In this document: piece by piece, positions 17,233 through 25,976 of the stretch
Position numbering within the stretch: position 1 is the first letter of the stretch
Layout of the letters: the number at the start of each line of letters is the position of its first letter
Assembly (NCBI GenBank): GCA_016928395.1
Contig: JAFGKV010000245.1
Location: 1-34,772, forward strand
Length of the DNA: 34,772 nucleotides
Direction: 5' to 3'
Source of the DNA: Candidatus Fermentibacterota bacterium
GTDB lineage: Bacteria > JAFGKV01
Made by a program: the position numbers and the translations under genes
The notes under the pieces: generated by a model
Told to the model about the DNA's origin: nothing
Databases searched by the model: none
What the model saw: the letters and a program-made list of their open reading frames with translations, nothing else

Positions 17233-17836
17233 GCTGACCCTTCCGTTGAGCGACGCCGATGTCCGTTCGCTGCATGTCGGTGATCCCATACTCCTGTCCG
17301 GCGTCATGCTCACGGGGCGTGACACCGCGCACACCTATTTCTTGGATGAGCTACTCAAGGATCCGTTACCCGAAAGCGAGAAGGACGTCGCGGCGGCGGT
17401 CCGCCCCCTGCTCCAAGGCGGAGCGATCTATCATTGCGGCCCGGTGGTGAAGAAGGTAGACGGCGGCTATTCGTTTGTTGCCGCCGGCCCCACCACCAGC
17501 ATCCGCGAAGAACCCTACCAAGGGGACGTCATCAAGCACTTCGGCCTCAGGGTCGTCATCGGCAAGGGCGGCATGGGCGCCAAGACGCTGGCCGCATGCC
17601 AGGAATACGGCGCCATCTACCTCCATGCCATCGGCGGCGCGGCGACCCTGATTGCCAAGACCGTTGCACAGGTGGAAGGCGTGTACAAACTGGAGTTTGG
17701 CGTGCCCGAAGCGCTGTGGCGGATCCGCGTGGTCGATTTCCCCGGCGTGGTCACCATGGATTCCCATGGGCAGAGCATCCACGAGAAGGTGGAGGCTGAC
17801 AGCCGCGCGGTGCTACAGCGGCTCATGAAGGGGTAG
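17225..17836 (+). CDS. Class I Fe-S fumarate (tartrate-family) hydratase, beta subunit
   Basis: TGRDTAH, YHCGP, AGPTTSIR, IGKGGM and MDSHG motifs; overlaps the alpha-subunit stop. Confidence 0.92.
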   Translation: MRKLTLPLSDADVRSLHVGDPILLSGVMLTGRDTAHTYFLDELLKDPLPESEKDVAAAVRPLLQGGAIYHCGPVVKKVDGGYSFVAAGPTTSIREEPYQGDVIKHFGLRVVIGKGGMGAKTLAACQEYGAIYLHAIGGAATLIAKTVAQVEGVYKLEFGVPEALWRIRVVDFPGVVTMDSHGQSIHEKVEADSRAVLQRLMKG

Positions 17837-17887
17837 AGCCTCCCGACGGCGCGGGCAATCCTGGCGGATGGTGCCGGGCAGCTTCGG

Positions 17888-18700
17888 CTATGCCCGCCTC
17901 TGAGCCCTGCCGGTGCTCGTGAGGGTCACCAGATACACCTTGCGGGCACCGGCAGCCATAATGGTGGCTGCCACCTCCTGGGCCGTGGCCCCCGTGGTCA
18001 ACACATCATCCACCAGAAGCACCCTCTGGTGAAGGAGATCACGGCTTCGGGTGACGCGAAACTGCCCCCGTACATTCTGCGCTCTCCTGGCATAATCGGC
18101 GCCCACCTGCGAGGCCCCGTGGCGACGCATGACGACGCGGGGCAGCACCGGCAGATCGGTGAGAACACCCAGCTCCCTGGCCAAGACTTCTGCTTGGTTG
18201 TATCCTCGCCGCCAGCGACGCCACCATGTAGTAGGTACGGGCACGATGGCGTCGACGTCGTCCCACTCGGCAGCGCGCAGGACTGCCGCCAGCCGGGCCG
18301 CCAGAAAAGGGCCCAGGGCGGGCCGGTGCCGGTACTTCAGGTGATAGATCATGCTGCTCAAAGGTGCCACGTGGGGCCCGTATGAGCGGGCCTGGACAAA
18401 AGTGGGTTCATGCTCGCGGCAGTCACGGCACACGCCTCCCGTGCGGCCGCCGGGTGTGCCTCCACCAGGCGCAACAGGGCCCATGCCTGATCCGCAGCGA
18501 CGGCATACTACGCCGTGCGGGCAGACTGCCGCGTCGCATTCATCGCAGATGAGTGTCTTCGCCGACTGCAGCGAGGTGCCGCAGACAAGACATGCCGGGG
18601 GCCAGCAAAAATCGGCCACCATGCCGCCGAAGGATCCGGCCCTGGCCACGGTTCCCTGCATGGCACGAGTCCATCGTGCGGCCCATCGCCCCCACGGCAT
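17888..18700 (-). CDS. comF: ComF family protein (double zinc ribbon + phosphoribosyltransferase-like domain)
   Basis: Four CxxC pairs, LKY, VPVP, RRGYNQA and LVDDVLTTGAT motifs. The exact start is uncertain. Confidence 0.88.
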   Translation of the reverse strand: MPWGRWAARWTRAMQGTVARAGSFGGMVADFCWPPACLVCGTSLQSAKTLICDECDAAVCPHGVVCRRCGSGMGPVAPGGGTPGGRTGGVCRDCREHEPTFVQARSYGPHVAPLSSMIYHLKYRHRPALGPFLAARLAAVLRAAEWDDVDAIVPVPTTWWRRWRRGYNQAEVLARELGVLTDLPVLPRVVMRRHGASQVGADYARRAQNVRGQFRVTRSRDLLHQRVLLVDDVLTTGATAQEVAATIMAAGARKVYLVTLTSTGRAQRRA

Positions 18701-18709
18701 GGCCCGGGG

Positions 18710-19495
18710 TTAGTTGCGTCGTGCCCGGCCGGCGATCAGCATCCCGACGACCGCCCCGACGATCATGAACAGGGAGAATGCCTGGCTTGACGCCAGGCGG
18801 AAACCCAACCACGAGACGAAGTTGTTGTCTTCGTATAGCCGGAAGAAGTCAACCACGAACCGGGCGGCGCCGTAGAGCCCGAACACGATTGCCGTCAACA
18901 TTCCCCGGGGCGGGTTGATCCGGTCGATTCGCAGCGCCGCCAGCAGGATCACGAAACCGGCCAAGCTCTCGTAAAGCTGGGTTGGGTGCACGTGGGCGGC
19001 TCCCACCACCGCGGAGGCCGCGCAGCCGGGAGGGAAGCTGATCCCCCAGGGAACCTCGGTCGGTCTGCCGAAACAGCACCCGTTGAGCAGGCACCCGATG
19101 CGGGTGAATCCCACCCCCAGCGCATAGGACGGCGCGATGGTGTCGGCCATGGGCCATACGGGAAGGCCCTTGCGTCTCATGTAGATCAGCGCAGCGACAA
19201 TGGCCAAGGCGATCCCGCCGAACATGCTCAACCCCGTGAGACCTTTGAAGATGTTGACGGCGTCCAACCAGTTGCCCTGGAACTCCTCAACGTGAAACAC
19301 AATGTACAGCAGCCGCGAACCGACGATGGCGCTGATGAGAATCACGGTGGCCACGTCGAGAACCGCTTCGGCGGGGAGCCCGCGCTCTCTGGCCCTTCTC
19401 GTGGCCAACATGATGCCCAGTGCAAAGGAGATGACCAGCATGACGCCATAGCTATACACGGGAGTTGGGCCGATGCGCAGAATCTCGGGATGCAT
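18710..19495 (-). CDS. lgt: Prolipoprotein diacylglyceryl transferase
   Basis: MHPEIL...YSYG, GSRLLY, RIGCLLNGCCFG, HPTQLYES and RFVVDFFR motifs. Confidence 0.93.
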   Translation of the reverse strand: MHPEILRIGPTPVYSYGVMLVISFALGIMLATRRARERGLPAEAVLDVATVILISAIVGSRLLYIVFHVEEFQGNWLDAVNIFKGLTGLSMFGGIALAIVAALIYMRRKGLPVWPMADTIAPSYALGVGFTRIGCLLNGCCFGRPTEVPWGISFPPGCAASAVVGAAHVHPTQLYESLAGFVILLAALRIDRINPPRGMLTAIVFGLYGAARFVVDFFRLYEDNNFVSWLGFRLASSQAFSLFMIVGAVVGMLIAGRARRN

Positions 19496-19496
19496 C

Positions 19497-20702
19497 TCAG
19501 GAGGTCTCCTTCCAGTTGCGGCGCAGAGACTGCAGAATGCCTATAGTACACAGGGTGGCGATCACATGGGTCCCACCGTAACTCACAAACGGCAGCGGCA
19601 ATCCGGTCACCGGCAGCACACCAACGGTCATGCCGACATTGATAAACACCTGGGTTGCGATGCTGACGGCAAAGCCGATGGCAGCGATCCCGGCGAACCT
19701 GCTCCGGCACTTGGCGGCGATGCCCACCAGCCTCCACAGGAGCATTGCGAACAGCAGCATCACCATCTGTGTGCCCACAAAGCCAAGCTCCTCGCCGATA
19801 ACGCTGAAGATGAAATCGGTATGCTGGGCCGGCAGGAAGGCCAAGGCCTTCTGGGTGCCCCCCATGAGGCCTTTGCCTAGGATCCGGCCGCTGCCGATGG
19901 CGATGCGCGACTGGATGACATTCCATCCGCTGCCCCGGGGATCGATTCCGGGATTGAGGAACACCAGGATTCTCGTCTTCTGATAGTCCTCCAGCATTCC
20001 CCACCCATGGGGTGTCAGAAGCCCTGTGGCGACGCAGGCGCCGCAGACAAGCACAAAACGCCAGAATCCCGCCCTGGCCCACGCTAGAACCGCCACTACC
20101 GTCGCCATCAGCGCAGCCCACGTGGCAAGGGAGAAGGCACAGACCGTGCTGAGTACAGGCATGATCACCGAGAACAGTGCCAGGAACGGAACCCCCGACC
20201 ACCACATCATGCCGACAGCGACGGGCAGAAGGACTAAGGATGTGCCCAGATCGGGCTCTATGAGGATGAGGCCGAAGGGTATGCCGACAATAAGGGCGCC
20301 CATTCCGATGGTTCGCCAAGGCCTCCGGCCCCGTTGATCCGCAAGGAAGAGGGCCAGAGCCAGCGTGACGGCAACCTTGCCCAATTCGGATGGCTGGATT
20401 TCAATCATCCCCAGCCCCAACCACCGAGTCGCACCTCCGTGGGTTCTCCCGATGAAGGGCACGACCGCCAGAAGGACAAGTGTCACGGCATAGCCCGGAT
20501 AGGCGACTATCTGCCAGAACCGGAGCGGGAGACGGCTAACTACCGCCAGGAGCACAAAGCCTATCACAACGCGGATGAGCTGGTCAATCCCCATGTCACG
20601 GGCTTGCGTCTCCTTGCCTGCTGTGGCGCTGTGCACCATGATCACGCCCACTGCACACAGCACGATGACCAGCGCCAGTGAAGGAACATCCCAATCACGC
20701 AT
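19497..20702 (-). CDS. rodA: Rod shape-determining SEDS peptidoglycan glycosyltransferase
   Basis: IQPSELGK, EPDLGT, YQKTRI, QSRIAIGSG, HTDFIFSVIGEELG and LPFVSYGG motifs; directly downstream of mrdA. Confidence 0.95.
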   Translation of the reverse strand: MRDWDVPSLALVIVLCAVGVIMVHSATAGKETQARDMGIDQLIRVVIGFVLLAVVSRLPLRFWQIVAYPGYAVTLVLLAVVPFIGRTHGGATRWLGLGMIEIQPSELGKVAVTLALALFLADQRGRRPWRTIGMGALIVGIPFGLILIEPDLGTSLVLLPVAVGMMWWSGVPFLALFSVIMPVLSTVCAFSLATWAALMATVVAVLAWARAGFWRFVLVCGACVATGLLTPHGWGMLEDYQKTRILVFLNPGIDPRGSGWNVIQSRIAIGSGRILGKGLMGGTQKALAFLPAQHTDFIFSVIGEELGFVGTQMVMLLFAMLLWRLVGIAAKCRSRFAGIAAIGFAVSIATQVFINVGMTVGVLPVTGLPLPFVSYGGTHVIATLCTIGILQSLRRNWKETS

Positions 20703-22494
20703 CAGGGCCACCCGAAACCGCGAGGAGGCCACGCGCGGCAAGCCAGGCTTCCATCACTTTTTGCACGATAGGCGCCGCTACGGCGCCGCCACCGCCACCT
20801 CGTTCCACAAACGCGCATACGGAGATAACCGGGTTCTCCGCGGGAGCGTAGCCCACATACCAGGCATGATCCTCGCCGTGGGGATTCTGGGCTGTTCCGG
20901 TCTTGCCCGCGACCACCACCCCTTCCACTCTCGATCGTCGTCCCGTGCCATCAGGATCTTCGGTGACGGCGGTGAGGGCATCCTTGAGCAGTCGTATGGT
21001 CTTCGCCGAGAAGGGGAGGCGCCGACCCTTGGGTTCACCCAGAACGGTACGCCGGCCGGTGGCCGGATGACGGGACTCCAGGGCAATTCTCGGGGTGAAC
21101 ATGACTCCGTCATTGCCCACGGCGCCGAAGAGCACCGCCAGTTGTAACGGTGTTGCTAAGACTTCCCCCTGGCCGATGGCCAAGTTCACCACTGTTCCCC
21201 GCGACCAACCCCACCGGCCGTATGCCCGGTTGAACCACTCCACTGTGGGGAAGAGGCCCGATTTCTCGTTGGGCAGATCGATCCCAGTCGGCTCGCCGAA
21301 TCCCACGGCATGGGCCCAACGGCCAAGTCTCTCGATTCCCAATCCTAGTCCGATATTGTAGAAGTAGATATCACAGCTCTCCACGATGGCACGGCGGAGG
21401 TCAACCGATCCGTGGCCGGTCTTCCTCCAGCATCCGAAGGGACGGCCTCCAAGGAGGAAAGCGCCCGTGCAGATCTTGCGGTCGCTGGGGGTGATGATAC
21501 CTTCCTCCAGAGCGGCCCCTGCCGTGACGATCTTGAAGGTCGATCCCGGCGGATAGACGCATTGGATGGGACGGTTCAGCAGAGGAAATAACGAGTCGCT
21601 GTTCAGCTGAGCCCAGAGGGCGCGACCGACACCGGCTCCCAGTAGATTGGGGTCAAAGCTGGGGCGCGAGACCAGAGCCAGGACATCCCCGCGCCGGGGA
21701 TCCACGGCAACGACTGCTCCCTGCCGGTCGGGACCGAGTAGATCCCATGCCAAGGTCTGCAAATCGATGTCAATGGCCAGGCGAAGATCGTGACCCGGCA
21801 CCGGAGGAATTGCCGACCGCTCCGCCAAGGGGCCCAGCTCACGTCCAACAGCATCTACCTGCAGAAACTCGAAACCTCGCTCCCCCCGCAGTACCGACTC
21901 GTACTGTCGTTCGATCCCGGAACGTCCAATGAGATCGCCCATTCTGTAGGGGGAGTCATCGCCGATCTCCCGCTCGGACACCTCTGCGATGTAGCCCACA
22001 AGGTTGCCCACCGCGGCGGCGGCGGGGTATCTCCTGCGCAGGCTGAGCCGACGGGTCGTACCTTTCAGCATGTCACGATGTTCTTCGATCCGGGACACTG
22101 CGGCGAACGAGGCGTCGGGATCCAGCACGCAGTCGTCCTTTCGCCGTTGAGCAGCCGCCATCTTACGCCAGATATCCTGTGGGTCCGCTTCCAGCAAGCC
22201 CGCGACCGCGAGTACATTGGCGGAGTCTGCGCCGAAGAACGGATCCAGCATTATTGTGGATGCCGCCCGGTCCTGTGCGATGATCCTACCGGCGCGATCA
22301 TAGATTAGTCCTCTGGGGGCTCGGATCACGGAGAGCTTGACGCGGTTGCTGTCGGCAAGACTCAGATAGTGGGCACCGTTGATGACCTGCAGGTAGAAAA
22401 GCCGAGCGCTCAGAAGCACGACGACCAGCAGAAAGATCGCCCGCGCTCCAAGGGCGCGGGCGTCGTTATCGGACCCTGCGGCGGGCCGATGCAT
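20695..22494 (-). CDS. mrdA: Penicillin-binding protein 2
   Basis: APRGLIYDR, YPPGSTFK (SxxK), SCD, AIGQG and KTGTAQ motifs; mre operon context. Confidence 0.95.
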   Translation of the reverse strand: MHRPAAGSDNDARALGARAIFLLVVVLLSARLFYLQVINGAHYLSLADSNRVKLSVIRAPRGLIYDRAGRIIAQDRAASTIMLDPFFGADSANVLAVAGLLEADPQDIWRKMAAAQRRKDDCVLDPDASFAAVSRIEEHRDMLKGTTRRLSLRRRYPAAAAVGNLVGYIAEVSEREIGDDSPYRMGDLIGRSGIERQYESVLRGERGFEFLQVDAVGRELGPLAERSAIPPVPGHDLRLAIDIDLQTLAWDLLGPDRQGAVVAVDPRRGDVLALVSRPSFDPNLLGAGVGRALWAQLNSDSLFPLLNRPIQCVYPPGSTFKIVTAGAALEEGIITPSDRKICTGAFLLGGRPFGCWRKTGHGSVDLRRAIVESCDIYFYNIGLGLGIERLGRWAHAVGFGEPTGIDLPNEKSGLFPTVEWFNRAYGRWGWSRGTVVNLAIGQGEVLATPLQLAVLFGAVGNDGVMFTPRIALESRHPATGRRTVLGEPKGRRLPFSAKTIRLLKDALTAVTEDPDGTGRRSRVEGVVVAGKTGTAQNPHGEDHAWYVGYAPAENPVISVCAFVERGGGGGAVAAPIVQKVMEAWLAARGLLAVSGGPDA

Positions 22495-22987
22495 CCCGAA
22501 CCCCCCATCCTCGTGGCAGAAGCCAATGGCTCATCACGGCAACCAAGAGCAGACCGACCACAGTAGTGTACACCGCGGAGAGGAGGGCGCGGTGAATGAG
22601 GAAGCCCACCAACCCAGAGACGCCCATCGTGAGGCCGACCATTGCGCTGTTCAGCAGGCAGAGCGCACACAGCGTTGTCACCTGTATCACGACCTGTTCC
22701 GCCTGAACTTTCTCTCCCACCACGCCCGCCAGGTAGCCGGTTACCGTGTGCGCAAGCGCGTGGGTGCCCAGGATTTGGGGGGCGTAAAGGTCCTGGTAGA
22801 TGCCGGTGAGGAAGCCGACCAGGACGGCGGCCGTTGGTCCGGAGGTGAGCCCCAAGTAGACCAGAGACACCAGTAGGATATCCGGCTGCCAAGGGCCGAT
22901 CTGGAGCCACCGCGCGAACAGTGCATTCACCAATCCGGCGCTCAGGGCAACGAAGATCCAGCGACGGCTAACGGAGGTGGTCGGCAT
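22466..22987 (-). CDS. mreD: Rod shape-determining protein MreD
   Basis: PDILLV and GFLTGIYQDL motifs; small multi-TM protein between mreC and mrdA. Confidence 0.88.
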   Translation of the reverse strand: MPTTSVSRRWIFVALSAGLVNALFARWLQIGPWQPDILLVSLVYLGLTSGPTAAVLVGFLTGIYQDLYAPQILGTHALAHTVTGYLAGVVGEKVQAEQVVIQVTTLCALCLLNSAMVGLTMGVSGLVGFLIHRALLSAVYTTVVGLLLVAVMSHWLLPRGWGVRDASARRRVR

Positions 22988-23780
22988 CAAGGCTCCAGGA
23001 GGTATCGGAGGGCGCCGAACCGAGGATGAACACCTCCCGAATGGCATGGAATCGTACGAGAGATGTCACCGCGGCACGATGAAGCTGCAGACGATGGTCA
23101 TCGCTGACGGCTGACACGACACCCACGCGAAGTCCCGGCGGAAACACGCCGCCCAATCCGCTGGTCACCAGCGTGTCACCCGGCGCCACATCCTCCGTCA
23201 TCGGTATGTCTGGAACCGTGAACCCCACGGTGCGCTCGGCCCGAAGAATCCCGCCCGCCCCGCTGCGCTTCGCCACGACGCTCACCCGCGATTCGGGAGA
23301 CAGCAGAGTTCGTACCAGGGAGTGATGCGGCCGAACCTCCACGACACGTCCAACAAGGCCACCGATGGAGACCACCCCAAACCCCGCTTGAACTCCGTCG
23401 GCAGCCCCGGTATCCACGGCAAGATACTCACCGGCAAATCGACCCGGCCGTGACAGTACCATGCCGGGTATAAGCCAGTAGGGAAGTGACGCTCGCATGC
23501 CTATCATGCTGTGGAGACGTTGATTCTGCTCCGCGAGTGCGAAGACCTTCGCGTCATCCAGGACGCACTGCGTCAATCCGAAGCGGAGCGCTCGGTTCTC
23601 CGCGCGGAGAGTCAAGATTGACTCAATGAAGGCCGTGGCTCGGGCCGCCGGGAAGAACAGAACCGGCCCGATTATCGAGGCGACGGCTTGCTTGGCAGGA
23701 AGGGGGAGAAGAAGAAGGGCGATGGAAACCGCCATGGCCAGTGCCGCCACCGCAGGGGCGGGGGCTGAGTCGCGCGCCAT
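22968..23780 (-). CDS. mreC: Rod shape-determining protein MreC
   Basis: N-terminal TM, coiled coil (LRAENRAL), GLVGRV and GDTLVTSGLGGVFPPGLRVG. Confidence 0.92.
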   Translation of the reverse strand: MARDSAPAPAVAALAMAVSIALLLLPLPAKQAVASIIGPVLFFPAARATAFIESILTLRAENRALRFGLTQCVLDDAKVFALAEQNQRLHSMIGMRASLPYWLIPGMVLSRPGRFAGEYLAVDTGAADGVQAGFGVVSIGGLVGRVVEVRPHHSLVRTLLSPESRVSVVAKRSGAGGILRAERTVGFTVPDIPMTEDVAPGDTLVTSGLGGVFPPGLRVGVVSAVSDDHRLQLHRAAVTSLVRFHAIREVFILGSAPSDTSWSLDADHLR

Positions 23781-23797
23781 GGAAAGCCCCGGTCTCG

Positions 23798-24865
23798 CTA
23801 GCCTCGGGGAGGCTCCATGAGTACCTTGGCGTAGTCTTCCGGCTCTTCCAGTACCTTGCCGGAACCCAAGACCACGCACGAAAGCGGGTCATCGGCGACG
23901 GTCACCGTCAGGCTGGTTTCCTTGGAGAGCCGCATGTCAAGACCTTTCAGCAGTGCGCCTCCCCCCGTCATGACGATGCCGCGCTCGACGATGTCAGCGG
24001 AAAGTTCGGGAGGGGTCCGCTCCAGGGTTCGACGTACACCCTCAACAATGGCGGAAATGGGTTCACTCAGCGCTTCTCGTATTTCGGCCGAGTTGACCCG
24101 GATGGTTCGAGGTATCCCGGCAACCAGGTCGCGGCCTGAAATCTCCATCTCCTTTTCTTCCTTCATCGGGTATGCCGACCCGATGGTGACCTTGATGAGT
24201 TCCGATGTCTGCTGGCCAATTGCCATGTTGTAGTTCTTGCGCAGATACTGGGTCACTGCCTCGTCCATTTCGTCGCCCGCCACCCTGATGCTCTGTTGTG
24301 TCACGATGCCCGAAAGGGCGATGACGGCGATTTCGGTGGTGCCGCCGCCGATGTCGACCACCATGTTGCCGCACGCCGCATTCACCGGCAGGCCGACGCC
24401 GATGGCGGCAGCTACAGGCTCGGCGATCAAGTGAAGATCACGGCATCCGGCGTGTTCGGCCGAGTCCTTGACGGCTCGCTTCTCGACTTCAGTGATACCG
24501 GAAGGAACAGCAACGACGATGCTCGGCTTGATAAAACGCCGGTGATGGAGCACCTTGAGGATAAACTGCCGTAGCATTTCCTCCGAGACCTGGAAATCGG
24601 CAATAACGCCGTCTTTGAGCGGGCGAATCGCCTCCAGATCAGCCGGTGTTCGGCCGAGCATCTGCTTGGCCTCGCTGCCTACCGCCACGCATTTTCGGCT
24701 TCTGGTTTCGACGGCCACGACGCTTGGCTCATTGAGCACAATGCCGCGCCCCTTCATGTAGATGAGGGTATTGGCAGTGCCCAGATCGATGGCGATGTCA
24801 TTCGCCATCATGGTGGGAAGCGAACTGAAAACCTTATACCATCGTTTGAGACTCATCGCACTCAT
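23798..24865 (-). CDS. mreB: Actin-like rod shape-determining protein MreB
   Basis: [30 protein letters not shown] and TGGGALL motifs. The start could be 24865 or 24856. Confidence 0.96.
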   Translation of the reverse strand: MSAMSLKRWYKVFSSLPTMMANDIAIDLGTANTLIYMKGRGIVLNEPSVVAVETRSRKCVAVGSEAKQMLGRTPADLEAIRPLKDGVIADFQVSEEMLRQFILKVLHHRRFIKPSIVVAVPSGITEVEKRAVKDSAEHAGCRDLHLIAEPVAAAIGVGLPVNAACGNMVVDIGGGTTEIAVIALSGIVTQQSIRVAGDEMDEAVTQYLRKNYNMAIGQQTSELIKVTIGSAYPMKEEKEMEISGRDLVAGIPRTIRVNSAEIREALSEPISAIVEGVRRTLERTPPELSADIVERGIVMTGGGALLKGLDMRLSKETSLTVTVADDPLSCVVLGSGKVLEEPEDYAKVLMEPPRG

Positions 24866-25043
24866 TTTGCCGCCATCGTGGTGATCCTGTAGGTTGGTTC
24901 CAACAAAGAGGTCCTCTCCGACCGCATGGCATGGTACACCACACGCCTCTGTTCGCAGCATCAGCCTCGGTGTCGGTGAAAAGACATACCGGGCGGAGAA
25001 AGACGCATGTGGGGATAGACTACAACGCTGCGTATGCTCCCGG

Positions 25044-25074
25044 CATCCGATGCGCTGAGTCGTCGCATCAGATG
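25044..25074 (-). other. Stable hairpin immediately 3' of tRNA-Ser (no U-tract)
   Basis: On the minus strand CATCTGATGCG-9 nt loop-CGCATCGGATG forms an 11-bp stem with one G-U pair. Confidence 0.55.
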
Positions 25075-25080
25075 TAGGGT

Positions 25081-25176
<96 letters not shown>

Positions 25177-25202
25177 GGGCGCCCACACACAATAGCAAAC
25201 GC

Positions 25203-25230
25203 AAGGTAGCGAGGCAGTCACGGCTGTCAA
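25203..25230 (-). promoter_or_regulatory. Sigma70 promoter for tRNA-Ser (and probably the mre operon)
   Basis: TTGACA-16 nt-TACCTT, 26 nt upstream of the mature tRNA 5' end. Confidence 0.65.
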
Positions 25231-25556
25231 GCAGCGCGTGTGGTGCCCGAAGCCGCTCATCCTCCAAAGACTCAGGATGTGCCAAGAGCAGGCCTCAGCT
25301 GACCGTCTAGCCCACGCACCCCTTTGTCGTGCACGGTAGTGCCCAAGGGCATCACACGGACGAGGCCGCCATCCGCTCCGGAGGAAGGCACTCGGCTCGT
25401 GCCCGTGCAGGGGCCTAGCTCCGTGCCCACCCATGAATGCGAGAATTCTCGCTTCCCCCTCCGCGCCGGTGCATCTCCTCGCTTCTGTCTCCTCACCTGG
25501 ATTCCCGCTGGAGTTCGTGGTGGCGTGGTGAGGCGTCACAGAGTGGTGTGGGGGTG

Positions 25557-25585
25557 TTGCCAAATGGAAGGTCCACTTGTATCTA
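25557..25585 (+). promoter_or_regulatory. Possible sigma70 promoter for the V-ATPase operon
   Basis: TTGCCA-17 nt-TATCTA about 65 nt upstream of the first gene; the -10 match is imperfect. Confidence 0.3.
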
Positions 25586-25649
25586 TGGCCGCTTACCGAT
25601 TCCCAGACAAACCCACGCATGCACTCACGCAGAGTATTCGGAGGCACAT

Positions 25650-25976
25650 GTGCTCCAGCACGCCTTGGAGGCCATTCGCGAGGCGGAACGTCAGGCGACG
25701 GCGATTCTTGCTGACGCAGGGCGCCGAGCTGCCGAACTCCAGGAGGCTTGTTCCCGCGATCTGAAGACCATGGAAGAACGGTCGGCACAAGAGACGGCCG
25801 ACCGGCGCAAGTCCCTCATCGCCGATGCCGAGGCGCGCGGTGCAGCGGACACGCAGAGGATTGCTGCCGAGGCAGCCATGCGCAGCGATGAGCTTCGCGC
25901 AGCTGCCGAGGCCCGGATGGAGGCGGCTGTGGCAGCCGTCACGAAGAGACTGACTGATGGCGGTTCAGCAACTTAA
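25650..25976 (+). CDS. V/A-type ATPase peripheral stalk subunit G/H (NtpF-like)
   Basis: GTG start after GGAGG; Ala/Glu/Arg-rich coiled coil (ALEAIREAERQA); first gene of the operon. Confidence 0.75.
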   Translation: MLQHALEAIREAERQATAILADAGRRAAELQEACSRDLKTMEERSAQETADRRKSLIADAEARGAADTQRIAAEAAMRSDELRAAAEARMEAAVAAVTKRLTDGGSAT

